Assembly (NCBI GenBank): GCA_015680685.1
Contig: MNCI01000651.1
Location: 1,054,001 to 1,118,000 of the forward strand
Source: Gnetum montanum
Taxonomy: Eukaryota > Plantae > Gnetophyta
DNA length: 64,000 nucleotides
Direction of reading: 5' to 3'
The notes beneath the pieces are model-generated. The model had not been told where the DNA came from, did not search any database, and saw only the letters and a program-made list of their open reading frames with translations. Below, in pieces: positions 1 through 12,702 of the stretch. Both the position numbers and the translations under genes were made by a program. Within the stretch, counting starts at the first letter, position 1. The number at the start of each line of letters is the position of its first letter.

Positions 1-294
1 TACTTATCACTTAGAATAGCTTATACTTAATTTCTATATTACCTTAATTTTGACATAATTTTTTTATTTTAATAATATTGTAATATGTCGTTAGCATTAT
101 CAAAATCATATGCCTCAATTATACTTAATCATAGACACAAAGGGTCATAGGAGTATATTTGGAGGATAATGACTTACGATCATACACTTAGCTATCTAGT
201 TGTCACACTAGTCTAGTTCATGGATTATAATCACACTACTTACATATACCTATAATATGTATAAGTGGGTGTTGGAACTACTCACCACTCATCA
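1..294 (+). repeat. 3' part of an Athila-like LTR
   Basis: Aligns with 29739-30031 and 32226-32530; ends ...CCACTCATCA and is followed by a degenerate PBS. Confidence 0.8.
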
Positions 295-295
295 T

Positions 296-312
296 TGGCA
301 TTGCTACTAGAC
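296..312 (+). promoter_or_regulatory. Degenerate tRNA-Asp primer-binding site
   Basis: TGGCATTGCTACTAGGA 1 nt after the LTR end; decayed version of the Athila PBS TGGCGCCGTTGCCGGGGA. Confidence 0.55.
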
Positions 313-952
313 ACAACATAAGGCATATGCCTCAAGTGTTTTTGTAAATATCTCCACAAAAGTTTTGTAAAAATAATGTACCCAAATTTTTACATCTATA
401 GAGTTTCAAAGCATTCAAATAAATATTGTAATATGGCACTCAAGTTAGTTAGTTAACTAGTAGAGTCACTTCCACATTTTATAAACAAAATCTATCAAAA
501 CTTTGTTAACTTGAGCGCAAGTTTTTAGTGAGTCATGGAGGTATGATGAATAGTCTTCAATCTTCATGTCTATTCATTAATAAATTCTTTCTTATGTCCA
601 AAAGGCAACTTTGTTGTTCAAATTGTATCCTATACTATTCAAAAATTTGGAGTAATTGTGCAAAAATAATAACACCGTATTATTCATCCCTCCATTTATG
701 TAAATAAGAGGTCCTTATCATGCAAGTAATATAGTTCTTATCATACAAAAACTAAAATTAACTTATGATCATTACATCTTGAAGAAAGGGGAAAGAACCA
801 TGAAAGATTTAAAAAGGATGTAACATTAAGAAAACTTTTTCATTTTTTGGACTTTCTCTATAAGTACCACTATTCCACTTGGATATACTATTACTTATGT
901 TTTAATTATTTGGGAAATATCTTTCTATAAAAATAATTACCTTACTACAAAA

Positions 953-1230
953 TTAGAAAGACATGTGACCCATCGATAAAGGTAGTCCTTTCATAAGGAT
1001 AACAAAATAATTAATTAATTAACATTCACAAAATCATTCTTAGGTTATCACTAGAAAGACATGTAATCCATGCTTGAAGGTTAACTACTCCCAAGAATCT
1101 CATGATCTCTTGGACTAGTTCCATCATATGACTAGAAAGACATGTGATGCATGGCTGAAGATGCATTGTTAGTAGGATTAGCATTAGCCATGAGGCTAGA
1201 AAGACATGTAACCCATTCCTAAAGACACCT
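953..1230 (+). repeat. Four spaced ~30-bp hairpin repeats (CTAGAAAGACATGTRACCCATGCYTGAAGG) in the post-pol spacer
   Basis: TAGAAAGACATG starts at 954, 1052, 1133 and 1197 (spacing 98/81/64). Confidence 0.9.
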
Positions 1231-2517
1231 CTCTAATTGATGACCAATCATAACTTACATACTTTTATCTAATTAATTTATCTATGAACTTAATGCATAT
1301 TCCCCAATTTCTTCTTGTTGAATTATGTATTTTCATGTGGTTATGATTGGTCTCATGGTGTTGGGAATGGGATCACATAATGCAATGTTATTATTAGAGC
1401 TATGGACTTGGTTTAGAATCCGAACAAATACGTATCCTTAATTTTTAATCACAAACAACACAAAACCTATTATAAATATGGTAATGAACCTTACATCCTA
1501 ATTCCCACAATCCTTTCTTATTTTATTCCATTTCATTTTTCTTGATTACTAATGATTTTGATGATTTTTTTTAGTATAGTGCTTGATCTCAATAATAATA
1601 ATTGTATAGTTGTTAAAACATGGACTCGATTGACTTTTAATTTCCTAGGTACCCATGGACACCTTATAAGATGGATATATAAGGGTATTTGAGGTAGGAG
1701 CCTACTATGTGGAGGATCTACTCCACAAACAAACTTTTGCATGCCCATGACATCCAAGATCATTTGCCTAATTTCTATGCATCATCACTTGATCATATTC
1801 TCCTTATTTTTGCTAAAATTTCATCATAAAAACTTGATTTCTTTTTCTGTTCCAAATTTTCAACTTTTTCCATTCATCACTTCAACTCATCTACATAGTC
1901 CACATGTTTTTCATGGCTTATAATCCTTTCTATAGCTCTCATTCAATGCCCAAAACATCTAGAAATTCTCAAAAAATATACCAAAATATAAGAAAATTTT
2001 CAAACTTAGCCCCATTGATGCTAGTACATAGACACAAGGTCAACATAGCCTTGTCAACAAAGCAACATCAATGCAACATAAAAATACTATATATATGTGC
2101 ATGAAACCCCTTGCAAATTTTTATTTTTCATTTTGTACTAAGGAAGTTTTCGATATTCTTGATAGCTAGGGCCTTCAAACTATGATATCTTACATACCAA
2201 AACCCTAAATTTTATCATTCAAAAATCTGTGAGCTCTCAAAGCTAAGCTCTATGTCATAAACACATCTAATCAACTATTTGAAACTTCTAAAAAATCTCC
2301 AAATTTTGAATGCTTAACATAGCCAATAATAAAAATGACTAAAATAACTCACAATTAAACTAACTTGACTACATTAGAACCTCCAATACATTATACCACA
2401 ATTACTTAGGAATTTTAACATTAGAATTTTCTAAGCTTTGGATAATTTTAAGAATGATTAAGGGTCAAACGCTTCGAATATTTCTTGAAATGATAATTAA
2501 TCCTAATTGTAATTGCA

Positions 2518-2754
2518 CATGACATACAAGAGAGTTCCAGAGGTGGGTGGTTCATCTTAGAGAAAGTAAAAGTAAGTACAAGGTGGATGCAGATGAGAAT
2601 GCCAACAAGAGCTAGAACAAAAGGGCATCGATACAACCACATCAATAAAAAACAAGCTTGAAGTGGAGTTTAACTAGTAGATTTCCACTATAGAAATAGG
2701 GTAATCTAGGTAAGATGAAACACCAAGACAAAGGTCCACTCTTAAAGTGATCCT
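2518..2754 (+). pseudogene. Accessory (post-pol) ORF of element E, segment 1
   Basis: Nucleotide homology to 42135-42365; cut at the TSD of the Sirevirus-like insertion. Confidence 0.65.
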
Positions 2755-3958
2755 TGTGGATCACTGAACTTCGAAGTGGGGCAATGAATAAGTTTTCCAA
2801 ATTAAAACTTTTAGAAACAAAGCACACACATAGGATTTAATGTGTTTTCCCAACTTGGGTAGTCCACACTTGGAGGGTAGATTGCAACCACACCTCCAAA
2901 CCTTGTTACTATCAAATGTAGTTGAAGGTTCCACACCCTATAAAATATTCAAGCCCTGCTATAGAGTGCTATGCCACAACATCAACCGCTCAACCTCACA
3001 AGGTCTCGTCAAGCTTGAAATGTGGTTTTCAAGCTTCCAGAACCTTTACAATCTTGAGCTCTGCTCTAGAGTGTTGTACCACAACACCAACAACTCAATC
3101 TCGCAAGATCCTAACAAGCTCAAGTAAGATGTCTTCCTACAACAAGCACATCAAACCCATAGGGCAATAAGAGAACAATAATTACAAAAGATGAATGAAA
3201 CCTAGTTTGTTGATCCTTGTACTTTGAGGTACAACACACTTTACAATGAACAAATGATGATACAATGAAGAGCAACAAATGATGATACAATGAAGAGCTA
3301 CAATGAATAAAATGATAGATAAATGATTAGACAATGATTATACACAAGCTTGCACATTTCACAATGCATATGATGTCCTCTTATAGCTACCATGTTTCCA
3401 AATCCATCTTGGAACTAATACAGTAGCTAACAAATGGTCACTAACAATCATGAAAGAGATCTTCTTCATAAGACATCTTTCTATATTTGCCTGCAATTCT
3501 AGAAAGACATCTTTCCGGAATCTCCATTCTGGGAAGACATCTTTGTCTAATGGAACACGTCTTTTTGAAATTGCTCTGCATTCTATGAAGATGTCTCTGC
3601 CTGATGGATGACATCTACTATTTCTTGAAGACTTCTTTACCTGTGTTCACTCCAATTCTGCCAAGACGTATACTATTTCTCAGACACATTTTTCTTCATC
3701 TTCCTTTGCATGATGAATTCTTTATTCCTTTGCTTCAATTATGACAAGTTTTCTTGAGAGAAATTTTGTTCTTGTCCATGTTCTTGCATGTTTGTTAAAG
3801 TCCATGTGGATGACCTCCTCCTTTGAGCTCTAAACATTGCATTTCTTATCATCAATGTTCTCATCTTAGTTATCTTACAAAAACAACAACCACACAACCA
3901 TGGAAACAACCTTTGACTCAAATTTACATAATGTTTTGGACACACCAAAAGATCCACA
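2755..3958 (-). repeat. 3' LTR of the Sirevirus-like element
   Basis: TGTGGATC...GATCCACA ends; matches 7251-9264; array of decayed AAGACGTCTT palindromes at ~3455-3690; TATA-like CTATAAGAG on the minus strand at ~3380. Confidence 0.92.
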
Positions 3959-3972
3959 ATCTCCCCCTTTTT
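3959..3972 (-). promoter_or_regulatory. Polypurine tract (Sirevirus signature)
   Basis: Minus strand CACCAAAAAGGGGGAGAT directly before the LTR TG. Confidence 0.9.
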
Positions 3973-5599
3973 GGTGATGTTCAAAACTTAAGAAAATGGG
4001 TTAGTGAGCATACAAATATAACCATAAATCAAGAAAAGATGCATCAGAATGAGCACTATCATAGAATAGGCATAATGCATAACCCAAAGGAAAGAAATAA
4101 AAAAGTTGGTGAAACAAGCAAATCAATAAAGGAATACACAATTTTCAACATTAAGGTCTATTAAGAGTTGCCTTGAATTTGCCAAGAACTGAGCCAACCC
4201 TTTCGAGTGATATTCAAATTTCAAGCTAGAAGCATAAGCCATGAAGATCAAGTAACTTGTCTCTAAATCAATAAGTCATTAGTAGTTTGCATTTCTTTGG
4301 GCTTTCATTTTCTAATTATCTTCATCTTTTTAAAACATTAGCCAATGATAAGGATAGTATAGCAATTCAACTTTTTAAATTACAAAAGAAAACTAGCCAT
4401 GCTAAATATTTAAAAGGTAAACTATTCATAGGATATTTCAATCAAAACCATTGAAACTTTGTGAAAAACGGGATGATCATGGACTTACTCATAACATCAA
4501 TTATTTGCTTTAAAAAATAGGTATGCCTTGTTCTAGCTTATGCATGAATATTGAAATCGAGAACTACTTGTTTTACTTCAAAAACAAAGGAGCTACAACT
4601 AATCCAAAAATAAACAACAACACACAATTTGATGCTAAAGATCAAAGATAGAAAGAATAAGCATTCTAAGTAAATTCCTCATTAAGACTTGTATCTTTTA
4701 ACTAGAAAGCCTCTTACTTAGAACATCAACTAAAGGGTGAAGAAGCTATGAGAGAAACATGCCTAGAATGCTATTTGTACAAACCAGTGCAACAACACAA
4801 CACAATCATTTATCAAAAACAATATGATAATCATGGTTATAGAGAAACATGTTTACACCATTTTTATCAATTTAAAAACTTTTTCATCTTCTTGAAAAAA
4901 TACCTCTTGAAGTCCTTTTCATGCTCATTTTTTAAATATTTTGTTGTTTCAATGTCTTTGAAGTTTTCAGATACACATCCCCAAGCGCACGCACACACAC
5001 CCCACCCCACCACCTGTCCCCCCAACCCTACACTGTAGATATCCAAGATGTATAATGAGGAATAGGCTCACTTACACATGTGCTACTTATCTTGGCATTT
5101 AAAAATGTAGTAAATCACAAAAGTATTATAACATTAGGTCAACATTAAGCTCAAATGAGGGGATCAAGGTCTCCAATCAATTACATTGATAAAATTGTCT
5201 TATTTAAGAAAAATTCCAGAGAACATGAGCTTAGGCTCATCACAAGAAATTTAGATTAAGCAAGATTGAATATAAGACAAGAATTTAACCTAATTATTAC
5301 AAGATGAAGGTCCAAGGAAATTACAAAAAAAAAAATCTTCATAGAATCACTTGTATCGAACTCAAGAAAGAATGTAAGAGATGCTCTAAACAATTATTTT
5401 GACACTTTTCAAAACACAAATAATTTTGATCTTTTCAAATCATATTTGTATAACCTAGCAAGCAAAGAGATGAAAACTTACCTTAACTTACCTTGCCTAC
5501 TGATGAGAAGAAGAGAGAAGATTAATGGAGTTTGAAATGAGGTCCCCTATCATGAAGTACCTTCTCATCCTTAGGTTCTTTTTCATTAGATCATGTATG

Positions 5600-7236
5600 T
5601 AATGTCTCTATTTGTTCATGTGTTTTATGAAGAAACCCTTGATCATTTTCAATTTTCTACTTGTCTTTAGTCATTGGTGCCTACACAATTTCCTTACCAA
5701 AGCCCTTTTGACAAGAACAAGCATTAATCTTGTTTTGATCATCATAAGTATAATTAACAGTTTGCGTACAACCACAATTTTTACAAACGATTAAAGTATT
5801 ATCCTCATGATCAGAATTATCAAACCTAATTATGCTTGTGTTTGAGCTTGAATCTTCACATGTTGCTTCTTCTAAATTCTTTGGCTATTTTTCAAGAGTC
5901 TCCATTTCTTACTCCTTGCTACAATCCTTATTAAAAGAGGTTAGTTGTTGAATCTTAGCCTTTATGTCAGAGATCTCTTCTTTCACTTCAAGATGAATAG
6001 CATCTAGCTTAGAAAGTACTAATTTTTGTGCCTTCATAATCAAATGATGTAAAAGAAAATTTTCTTCTTTATATTCACTTTACCTCTTGTATCACTTACC
6101 ATCTTGCTCAATCACATGTGAGGAATTTTCACTTGTAAGTGCCATGCATATGAGATGTGAATCTTTGAAAAATTGCATGCTTCTTCCTCACTTTGCTCAC
6201 CATCATCCCAACTTGTATAAAAGTTGGTATTTCTCGGTTCCTCATCATTGAACCTATTCTTTGGTTGTACCTGGCTATCACTAGGGTCACTAGGACATTG
6301 CCATATGGTCTCTTACTCCACAAATCCAACAGTCTCTAAAAGAGAAATCTAAGTTAGAAGAATTTAAAATGTTTCTACCTCTTTCTCTACCTTTGAAGAA
6401 ACTAGGTATTTTTTGTTGCTAATATGTCCCTTTATTTCTTATTGTAAGCAATCATTGTAGTTTCCTTGAGAGAAAGGCAATCTCATCTTCGCTACCCTCA
6501 TCATGCTCATTTGACTCCTTCTCCTTAGAGGCTATCTTTAGAGCAATAGGTCTTTCTTGGATCACTCCTTCACTTATGAGATTCATTTCATAAGCAATGA
6601 GAGCACTTTGAAGTTCTTCAAATCTCAAGGTTGAGAAGTCTCTAATTTCCTCCATAGCCATGACCTTTGATTTGAACTCTAGTTGTAGAGTTCTAATCAT
6701 TTTGATGATGACATTGCTTTCAGGAAAATCTTTACCTATTCCTCTAATAACTACAAAAAAATCTTTAGCTCTAGAGAAATAATCCTTTTTTTTCCTCACC
6801 CTCTTTCATTTTGAGTTTATTGTACTCACTCTGTAAAACTAATACTTTCAATTGCTTAACAATAGATGTTCCTTCATACGTAACTTCTAAAGTTTGCCAA
6901 ATTTCTTCGACCATTTTACATCTTGCTACTCTATTAAATTTAGATTTATTCAAAGCATAATATAAACAATTTTTTACTTTTGAATCAAACATAAACTTAT
7001 CCTTTTCCTCTTATGACCATTTGTTGTGAGGCTTGATGATGCCAGTGGAGCTATTGACAGGTGGAGCATAGCCTTTAAGGATTGACTTCCACACTTCAAA
7101 CTCTATAGACTTGAAGAAACCTTGCATCTTGCTTTTAAATAGGTGAAGTCAAATTCATCAAACATTAGTGGCTTTGTGTAAGATGTTGCCTCCACTATTC
7201 ACTCTTGAAGTTGATGATGACAGAGAAGAGTACATG
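5600..7236 (-). pseudogene. gag: Copia/SIRE gag pseudogene
   Basis: Translates to PLMFDEFDFTY..KSKMQGFFKSIEFEVWKSILKG, FNRVARCKMVEEIWQTLEVTYEGT, KVMAMEEIRDFSTLRFEELQSALIAYEM (copia UBN2-type gag); decayed zinc knuckle CWICGVRDH at ~6330; stops and frameshifts. The 3' boundary is approximate. Confidence 0.88.
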
Positions 7237-7248
7237 GCTCCATTACCA
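7237..7248 (-). promoter_or_regulatory. Degenerate tRNA-Met primer-binding site
   Basis: Minus strand TGGTAATGGAGC versus consensus TGGTATCAGAGC, 2 nt after the 5' LTR. Confidence 0.7.
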
Positions 7249-7250
7249 CT

Positions 7251-9264
7251 TGTGGATCATTGAAATTATAAGGGGGGATGAATAAGTTCCCCAAATTAAA
7301 AAATTTAGAAACAAAGTACACACACAAGATTTAACATGGTTCCCCAAATTGGGTAGTCCACACTCATAGGGTAGATTGCAAACACACTTTCAAACTTTGT
7401 TACTCTTAAATGCAGTTGAAGGGTTCACACCCTATATGGTCTTTAAGCCCTACTCCAAAGTATTGTTCTGCAACACCAACCACTCAACCTCACAAGGTCC
7501 CATTAGGCTTGGAATGTGGTTTCTAAGCTTTCACAACCTTTACAATCTTAAGCTCTACCCCAGAGTGTTGTACGACAATACTAACAACTCAATCCTACAG
7601 GATCTTGACAAGCTTAAGAAAGATGCCTTCTCATAAGAAGCACATCAACCTTGCATGAAAATAAGAGAACAACATTTACAAGTGATGAGTGGCGAGGTAC
7701 CCCTACAGTCAACCATACAAATACGAGCATTTCACATGCAATCCGGTTGAACTCCAAGGACTAAGTGCTTACACGCCTTAATGGAACACTTAGGGTTAAT
7801 CAATCGTTGTCTTCCAAAACTTACATGTAGTGTCACAGTTGTATGGTTAAGTAAGCTAGAGGTATATGATTTTTATAACTTTTGTATTTTTTATGTCTTA
7901 TGCTAGTAAGGGAAAGAGACAAAGAACTAAGTGACTAACTTACATTAACTATTCATTAACCAAGTTCTAAATGTTCCTAACACCAGTATCCATTCCCACT
8001 TGCCATACATATCTTAAACCAGTGCAACGCTGCTGGGGTTACCAAATGCTAATTGTTACTGGGTTACCAAGCGCAACACGCATGCTTGAAGCGATTGTAC
8101 TAAGTGTATTTAACTAAGGGGATTAAGGGTTGAGAAATATATTAATTAACTAGGAAAGCATTAAACAATCATTAATTACTAATAAGCTTAATCTGTATGC
8201 TACAAGGTTTATCACAAAGTTCGCCTTTATTGCTGTACAAAAAATTGTGCTCAAGTACGAATTGCTCGAATAAAGATCCGTTCACTCTATGAATCCTACT
8301 GCGGGCACATAGAAATAATTCTAACTTTGGAATAATAAAACTGCAAGAGTTTGGCTAAGGTTCTAAGTCTAACTATTTTGGAACAAAGGGTGCCACCTCT
8401 TATTTATAGAAGATGAGGTAGGACGCGATATCACGTATGCGATATCGGGTGGCGGATGCAATATCGTGTACGCGATATCACGGCTCATCAACAAGGGATA
8501 AATGAAACTTAGTTTGCTTATCCTTCTACTTTGAGGTACAACACACTTTACAATGAAAAAATGATGATACAATGAAGAGAAACAATGAATACAATGATAG
8601 AAAAATGATTAGATAATGATTATACACAAGCTTGCACATTTTCTAATGCATACAATGTCATCTTATAGCTGCCATGTTTTCAAATCCATAATGGAACTCA
8701 TATAATGACTAGCTAGTGGTCACTAATGGTCATGGAAGATGTCTTCTTCGTGCCAAAGACGTCTTTTTATATTTTTCTTAAATTATGGGAAGACTTATTT
8801 TTGAAATCTCCATTCTAGAAATACATCTTTGTCTAATGGAAGATGTCTTTCTAAAATTTCCATGCATTCTGTGAAGACATCTTTGCCTAGTGGAAAACGT
8901 CTCCACCTGATGAAAGACATCTACTATTTCTTGAAGCTTTCTTTGTCTATGTTCACTCCAATTCTACCAAGATGTCTACTATTTCTCAAAGACATCTTTC
9001 TTCATCATCCTTTGCATGATGAATTCTTCATTCCTTTGATTTGATGATGACAACTTTTCTTGAGAAAAATCTGGTTCTTGTCCATGTTTTTGCATGTTTG
9101 TTAAATTCCATGTGGATGGCCTCCTGCTTTGAGCTCTAAACATTTCATTCCTTGTCATCAATGTTCTCATCTTAGTTATCCTACAACCACAACAATCAAA
9201 CAACCATGGAAATAACCTTTGACTCCATTTTACTTAATGTTTTGAACACACCAAAACATCCACA
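7251..9264 (-). repeat. 5' LTR of the Sirevirus-like element (interrupted by a solo LTR)
   Basis: Matches 2755-3958 after removing 7683-8495. Confidence 0.92.
7683..8490 (-). mobile_element. Athila-family solo LTR
   Basis: TGATGAG...CTCATCA; perfect 5-bp TSD ACAAG (7678-7682, 8491-8495); homologous to 11912-12702. Confidence 0.95.
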
Positions 9265-9793
9265 ACCCTTACAGAGGGATACCTAAAGAAGATAAGAACC
9301 ATGTAAATCTAAAGTTCTATATTATAAGAGCCATGTTTCAAATCCTTCTTAGAGTTTGCAATCCAAGAGACTCATGATCTATTGCAAGCATCTTCTTTAT
9401 GATCCACCATTTCAAGAAATGAAGAATGATACTTAAGAAATATGCATCTCTTTTGGAATAATAGCTAGTGAGATGTACCTATCAAAGTTAACAAAATTAC
9501 CATCTCCTACTTAGTGGAAGCCATTACAGATGGCCTAGAACTTTCAGATATAGGAGTACAAGTTCCAAGGGGGTTCACCCAATCAAATCAAGCAAGTAAA
9601 AATAAGTGGATGCAATGATCCTATGGGTAGATGAGAAGTAGTACAATGATATCACCAAAGCTTAAATAATCCATTTTAAAATTATATTGTACTATCTCAA
9701 TCTAATAATATTGCCAAGTAAAGTTCCATCCTTTTCAGCAGGGGCCAATGTAGCACTTAGTGGCCAACTTCTAGTTCACCTACAAAAGCTCAT
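9265..9793 (+). pseudogene. Accessory ORF of element E, segment 2
   Basis: LLQASSL*STISRNEE*YLRNMHLFW..ISYLVEAITDGL..HFKIILYYLNLIILPSKVPSFS aligns with translations of 42360-42900 and 63770-64000. Confidence 0.8.
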
Positions 9794-10489
9794 TATTATA
9801 ACATTTTTTCCATTAATGGAGTAAGTCTTAAGCTTGGCTTCTCAAAATTTAATCATGCTGTAAAATTTAGCTAAGGTTTAATTCACTATATTTTTGGTAT
9901 GAAAATCCCTAAGAGAAAATTTTTAGAAGAAGTTCTAATAGAGATACCACATAGATTAAATGCTTCAAATTGAAATTTTTTTATATAAGATTTTAAAGCT
10001 AAGTAAACAATCCAAAAATATTTTGATTTATTAATTACACAAGCTTATGAAATTTTAAGTGAGTTCAAAGAGTTAGGATTTCAAATTAAATTGAGCACCA
10101 TGTAGACTAATTGAGTTAGCCATTACGAACAAAGCTTATGCCAATTTGAACTAGCTCAAACATATGTTTTTTCTATTTGCAAGTTAACATGAGCATGTCA
10201 AGAATGGAATCATAGAATCTAAGGGCCAATTTCATCTTGATATGGGTTTGACATTAGAATAAATAGTTAAGCTCAGGAAGAAAACCCTTGTTTTAGAAAA
10301 AGGAGGCTCAATCCAAATACAAAAAGGTGATTCATTAAATACATTTTCCATGTTAGCTCATAGAGGAAGCTCATAAAGCTAAAAAATGGCTCCACAAAAT
10401 GGTTTTGCTCAGCTTAGCTTTGCAAGATTTAAGCATAAGAAAAAACTAAAATTAGCTTTATGTGCATAAATCCCATATGTCACATAAGA

Positions 10490-11911
10490 AGTACATTAAT
10501 AGAGCCAAGAATTGGTTCTACTAGAAAAAGCATGAAAATAGTTCTACCAAGTGAGTTCTACTAAGGTAGGAAGGCCTTAAGGTTGAAAATGGTTCTATTA
10601 AGGAATACATTAAAGGCTCCACCACGTAAGCTTTATCTTACAATAAAAATTTGTACAACCAAAAAGTATTTTTACGAAATGCCTCTATGAGAAACACACG
10701 TTTCAGTTCTAGCACGTCAAAAAGGGTGTTACCCGTAGAGCCAAAATTTGGCTCTACATAGCAGGTGCGAAGCAAGCTCTACCACATTAGCTTCAAAGTA
10801 AAAGTATCACTCATAGAGCTAAAATTTTGTTCTACAAGAAGGTGCAAGAACATCTCTATCATGTCAGCCCATAGAGCTAATTTATGAAGCTAAAATTCAA
10901 TTCTATGAACAAGCACAAAGTTGGTTCTACCATGTCAACTTCTTTGTAGAAAGATTTTATAAAAGCTAATTTTAGTTCTACAAGAAATAAGCTCTACCAC
11001 ATCAACCCAAGAGTAAAAAGTAATACTCACAGACAAAATATTTATTTCTACAAGAAAGCCTAAAAATAGTTCAACCATATCAGCCCATAGGCCTTGTCTA
11101 TAAGGTCATAACTCTACTCTACAAGGAAGCTTAAAATTAGGCCTACTATATTAGAAGTCATGTAGAAAAAATTTCTAGAGCCAAAAAGCAGCTCTACGAA
11201 ATGGTTCTATGAATAGCTAAAGGCATATTAGAAGCTTTAAAATACATTGCAAAATTAGCTTGTAGAGTCAATTTTGCAGATTCAAAGTTTAACTCTATGA
11301 ACGGATCTTAAAGAAGCTCTGCCATGTCATCTTCCATATGATGCCAGTCCATAGAGACAAAAGTTAACTCTATGAAGAAAAGCTAAAATTGTTTTATGAG
11401 CTACATCAACTCAACTAAACATACTCTAACATGTCAACTTTAGAAAAAATGTCACTTGTAACACAACAATTTAGCTCTACAAACAAGTATGAAAATGGAT
11501 CCACCATGTTAGACTTCATGGTGCAATTTTGTAGAACTAAGAAATGGTTCCACGAGATGGCTCTATAAGGAAAAGCTAAAAGTCTCAATAAGCCATGTTA
11601 GATTAAATGGAATTTTTATCAGGCTGATGAAGAAATTACAATTAAAATTTCCACATGCTTATTAAGTTTTTAATCCAACGTAGCATGTCAAAGATTAGAT
11701 AAATGAAGACTGAGGAGTTAAGGAATACTACACAACTTATAGAACCAAAAATTGGTTCTACAAAGAAGCTCAAAAATTATTCTTTCACGTCAGTCTTTGA
11801 ATGGAATGGATTCATAGAACCCAAATTTGGTTCTATGCAAAATCTCCAAAATAGTTCTATGAAGTCATGCCAGCTTATCTATAATGTAAGCTTGTAGAAC
11901 CAAAATATAAG
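10490..11911. repeat. Degenerate array of GTAGAGCC-N7-GGCTCTAC hairpins alternating with GCTCTACCACGTCAGC-like motifs
   Basis: Perfect copy at 10735-10757; decayed copies near 10500, 10814, 11176, 11351, 11531, 11739, 11814 and 11894; period about 70-90 bp. Confidence 0.85.
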
Positions 11912-12702
11912 TGATGAGTGGTGAGGTATCCCTACACTCAACCATACAAATACGAGCATTACACGTGCGATCCGGTCAAACTCTATAGACTAAGTGCCTA
12001 CACGCCTCATGGAACACTTAAGGTTAATCATTCATTGTCTTCCCAGACTTACTTGTATTTGTCACGGTTGTATGGTTAAGTAAGTCTGAGGTATGTGATT
12101 TTTATATCTTTTCTGTTTTATCTCCTATGCTAATAAGGTGAAGGGTGAAGAGACTAATTCACTAACTTTAACTAACTAACTAAGCCTTAATTAACCTAGC
12201 ATCAGCATCCGTTCCCACTTACCATTTACACCCTGAACCAATGCAACCTTGGTTACCAAACACTAGTCCATACTAGGATCACCAAGCGTAACGCACGTGC
12301 TCGAAGCGGTCGTACTGAATGCACTTAACTACGGGAGAAGGGTTGAGAGAGATTTAATTAACTAATAAAGCATTTAAAATATAAATAATAAATAAAGTCC
12401 TATTTAGCCTATTCCATGCACTGCAAGGTTTATCCAAGAAGTTCGTCTTTATTTCCGTACACAAACTTGTGTTCAGGTACAATATTTGCTCGAACAAAGA
12501 TCTGTTCACTTTGGAGTTCCTACTATGGGCACATGAAAATTATTCTATCTCTGGAGAGGTAAAACTGCCAGAGTTTCACTACGGTCTAGGCCTAGAATGA
12601 GAAATAAGGGAGAGCCACCTCTTATTTATAGACTTGGTGACGCACCACGATATCACAGGGGATGACGTGATATCACGGCCCATGCGATATCGTGTCCCAT
12701 CA
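11912..12702 (-). repeat. 3' LTR of element A (791 bp)
   Basis: TGATGAG...CCCATCA; minus-strand TATA CTATAAATAAG at ~12621-12631; three GATATC palindromes upstream of it. Confidence 0.95.

Larger units (their letters stand above)
2755..9264 (-). mobile_element. Sirevirus (SIRE)-like Ty1/copia element, non-autonomous, gag only
   Basis: Two ~1.2-kb LTRs with TG..CA ends; TSD ATCCT/ACCCT; PPT AAAAAGGGGGAGAT; Met-type PBS; copia gag; no recognisable pol. Confidence 0.9.

Noticed and set aside
953-1230. Repeat-spacer array resembling CRISPR
   Set aside because: Eukaryotic retrotransposon context, no cas genes, unequal spacers that are the same across paralogous copies.
9600-9790. Possible integrase C-terminus
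   Set aside because: Aligns better, and collinearly, with the accessory ORF at 42700-42900.
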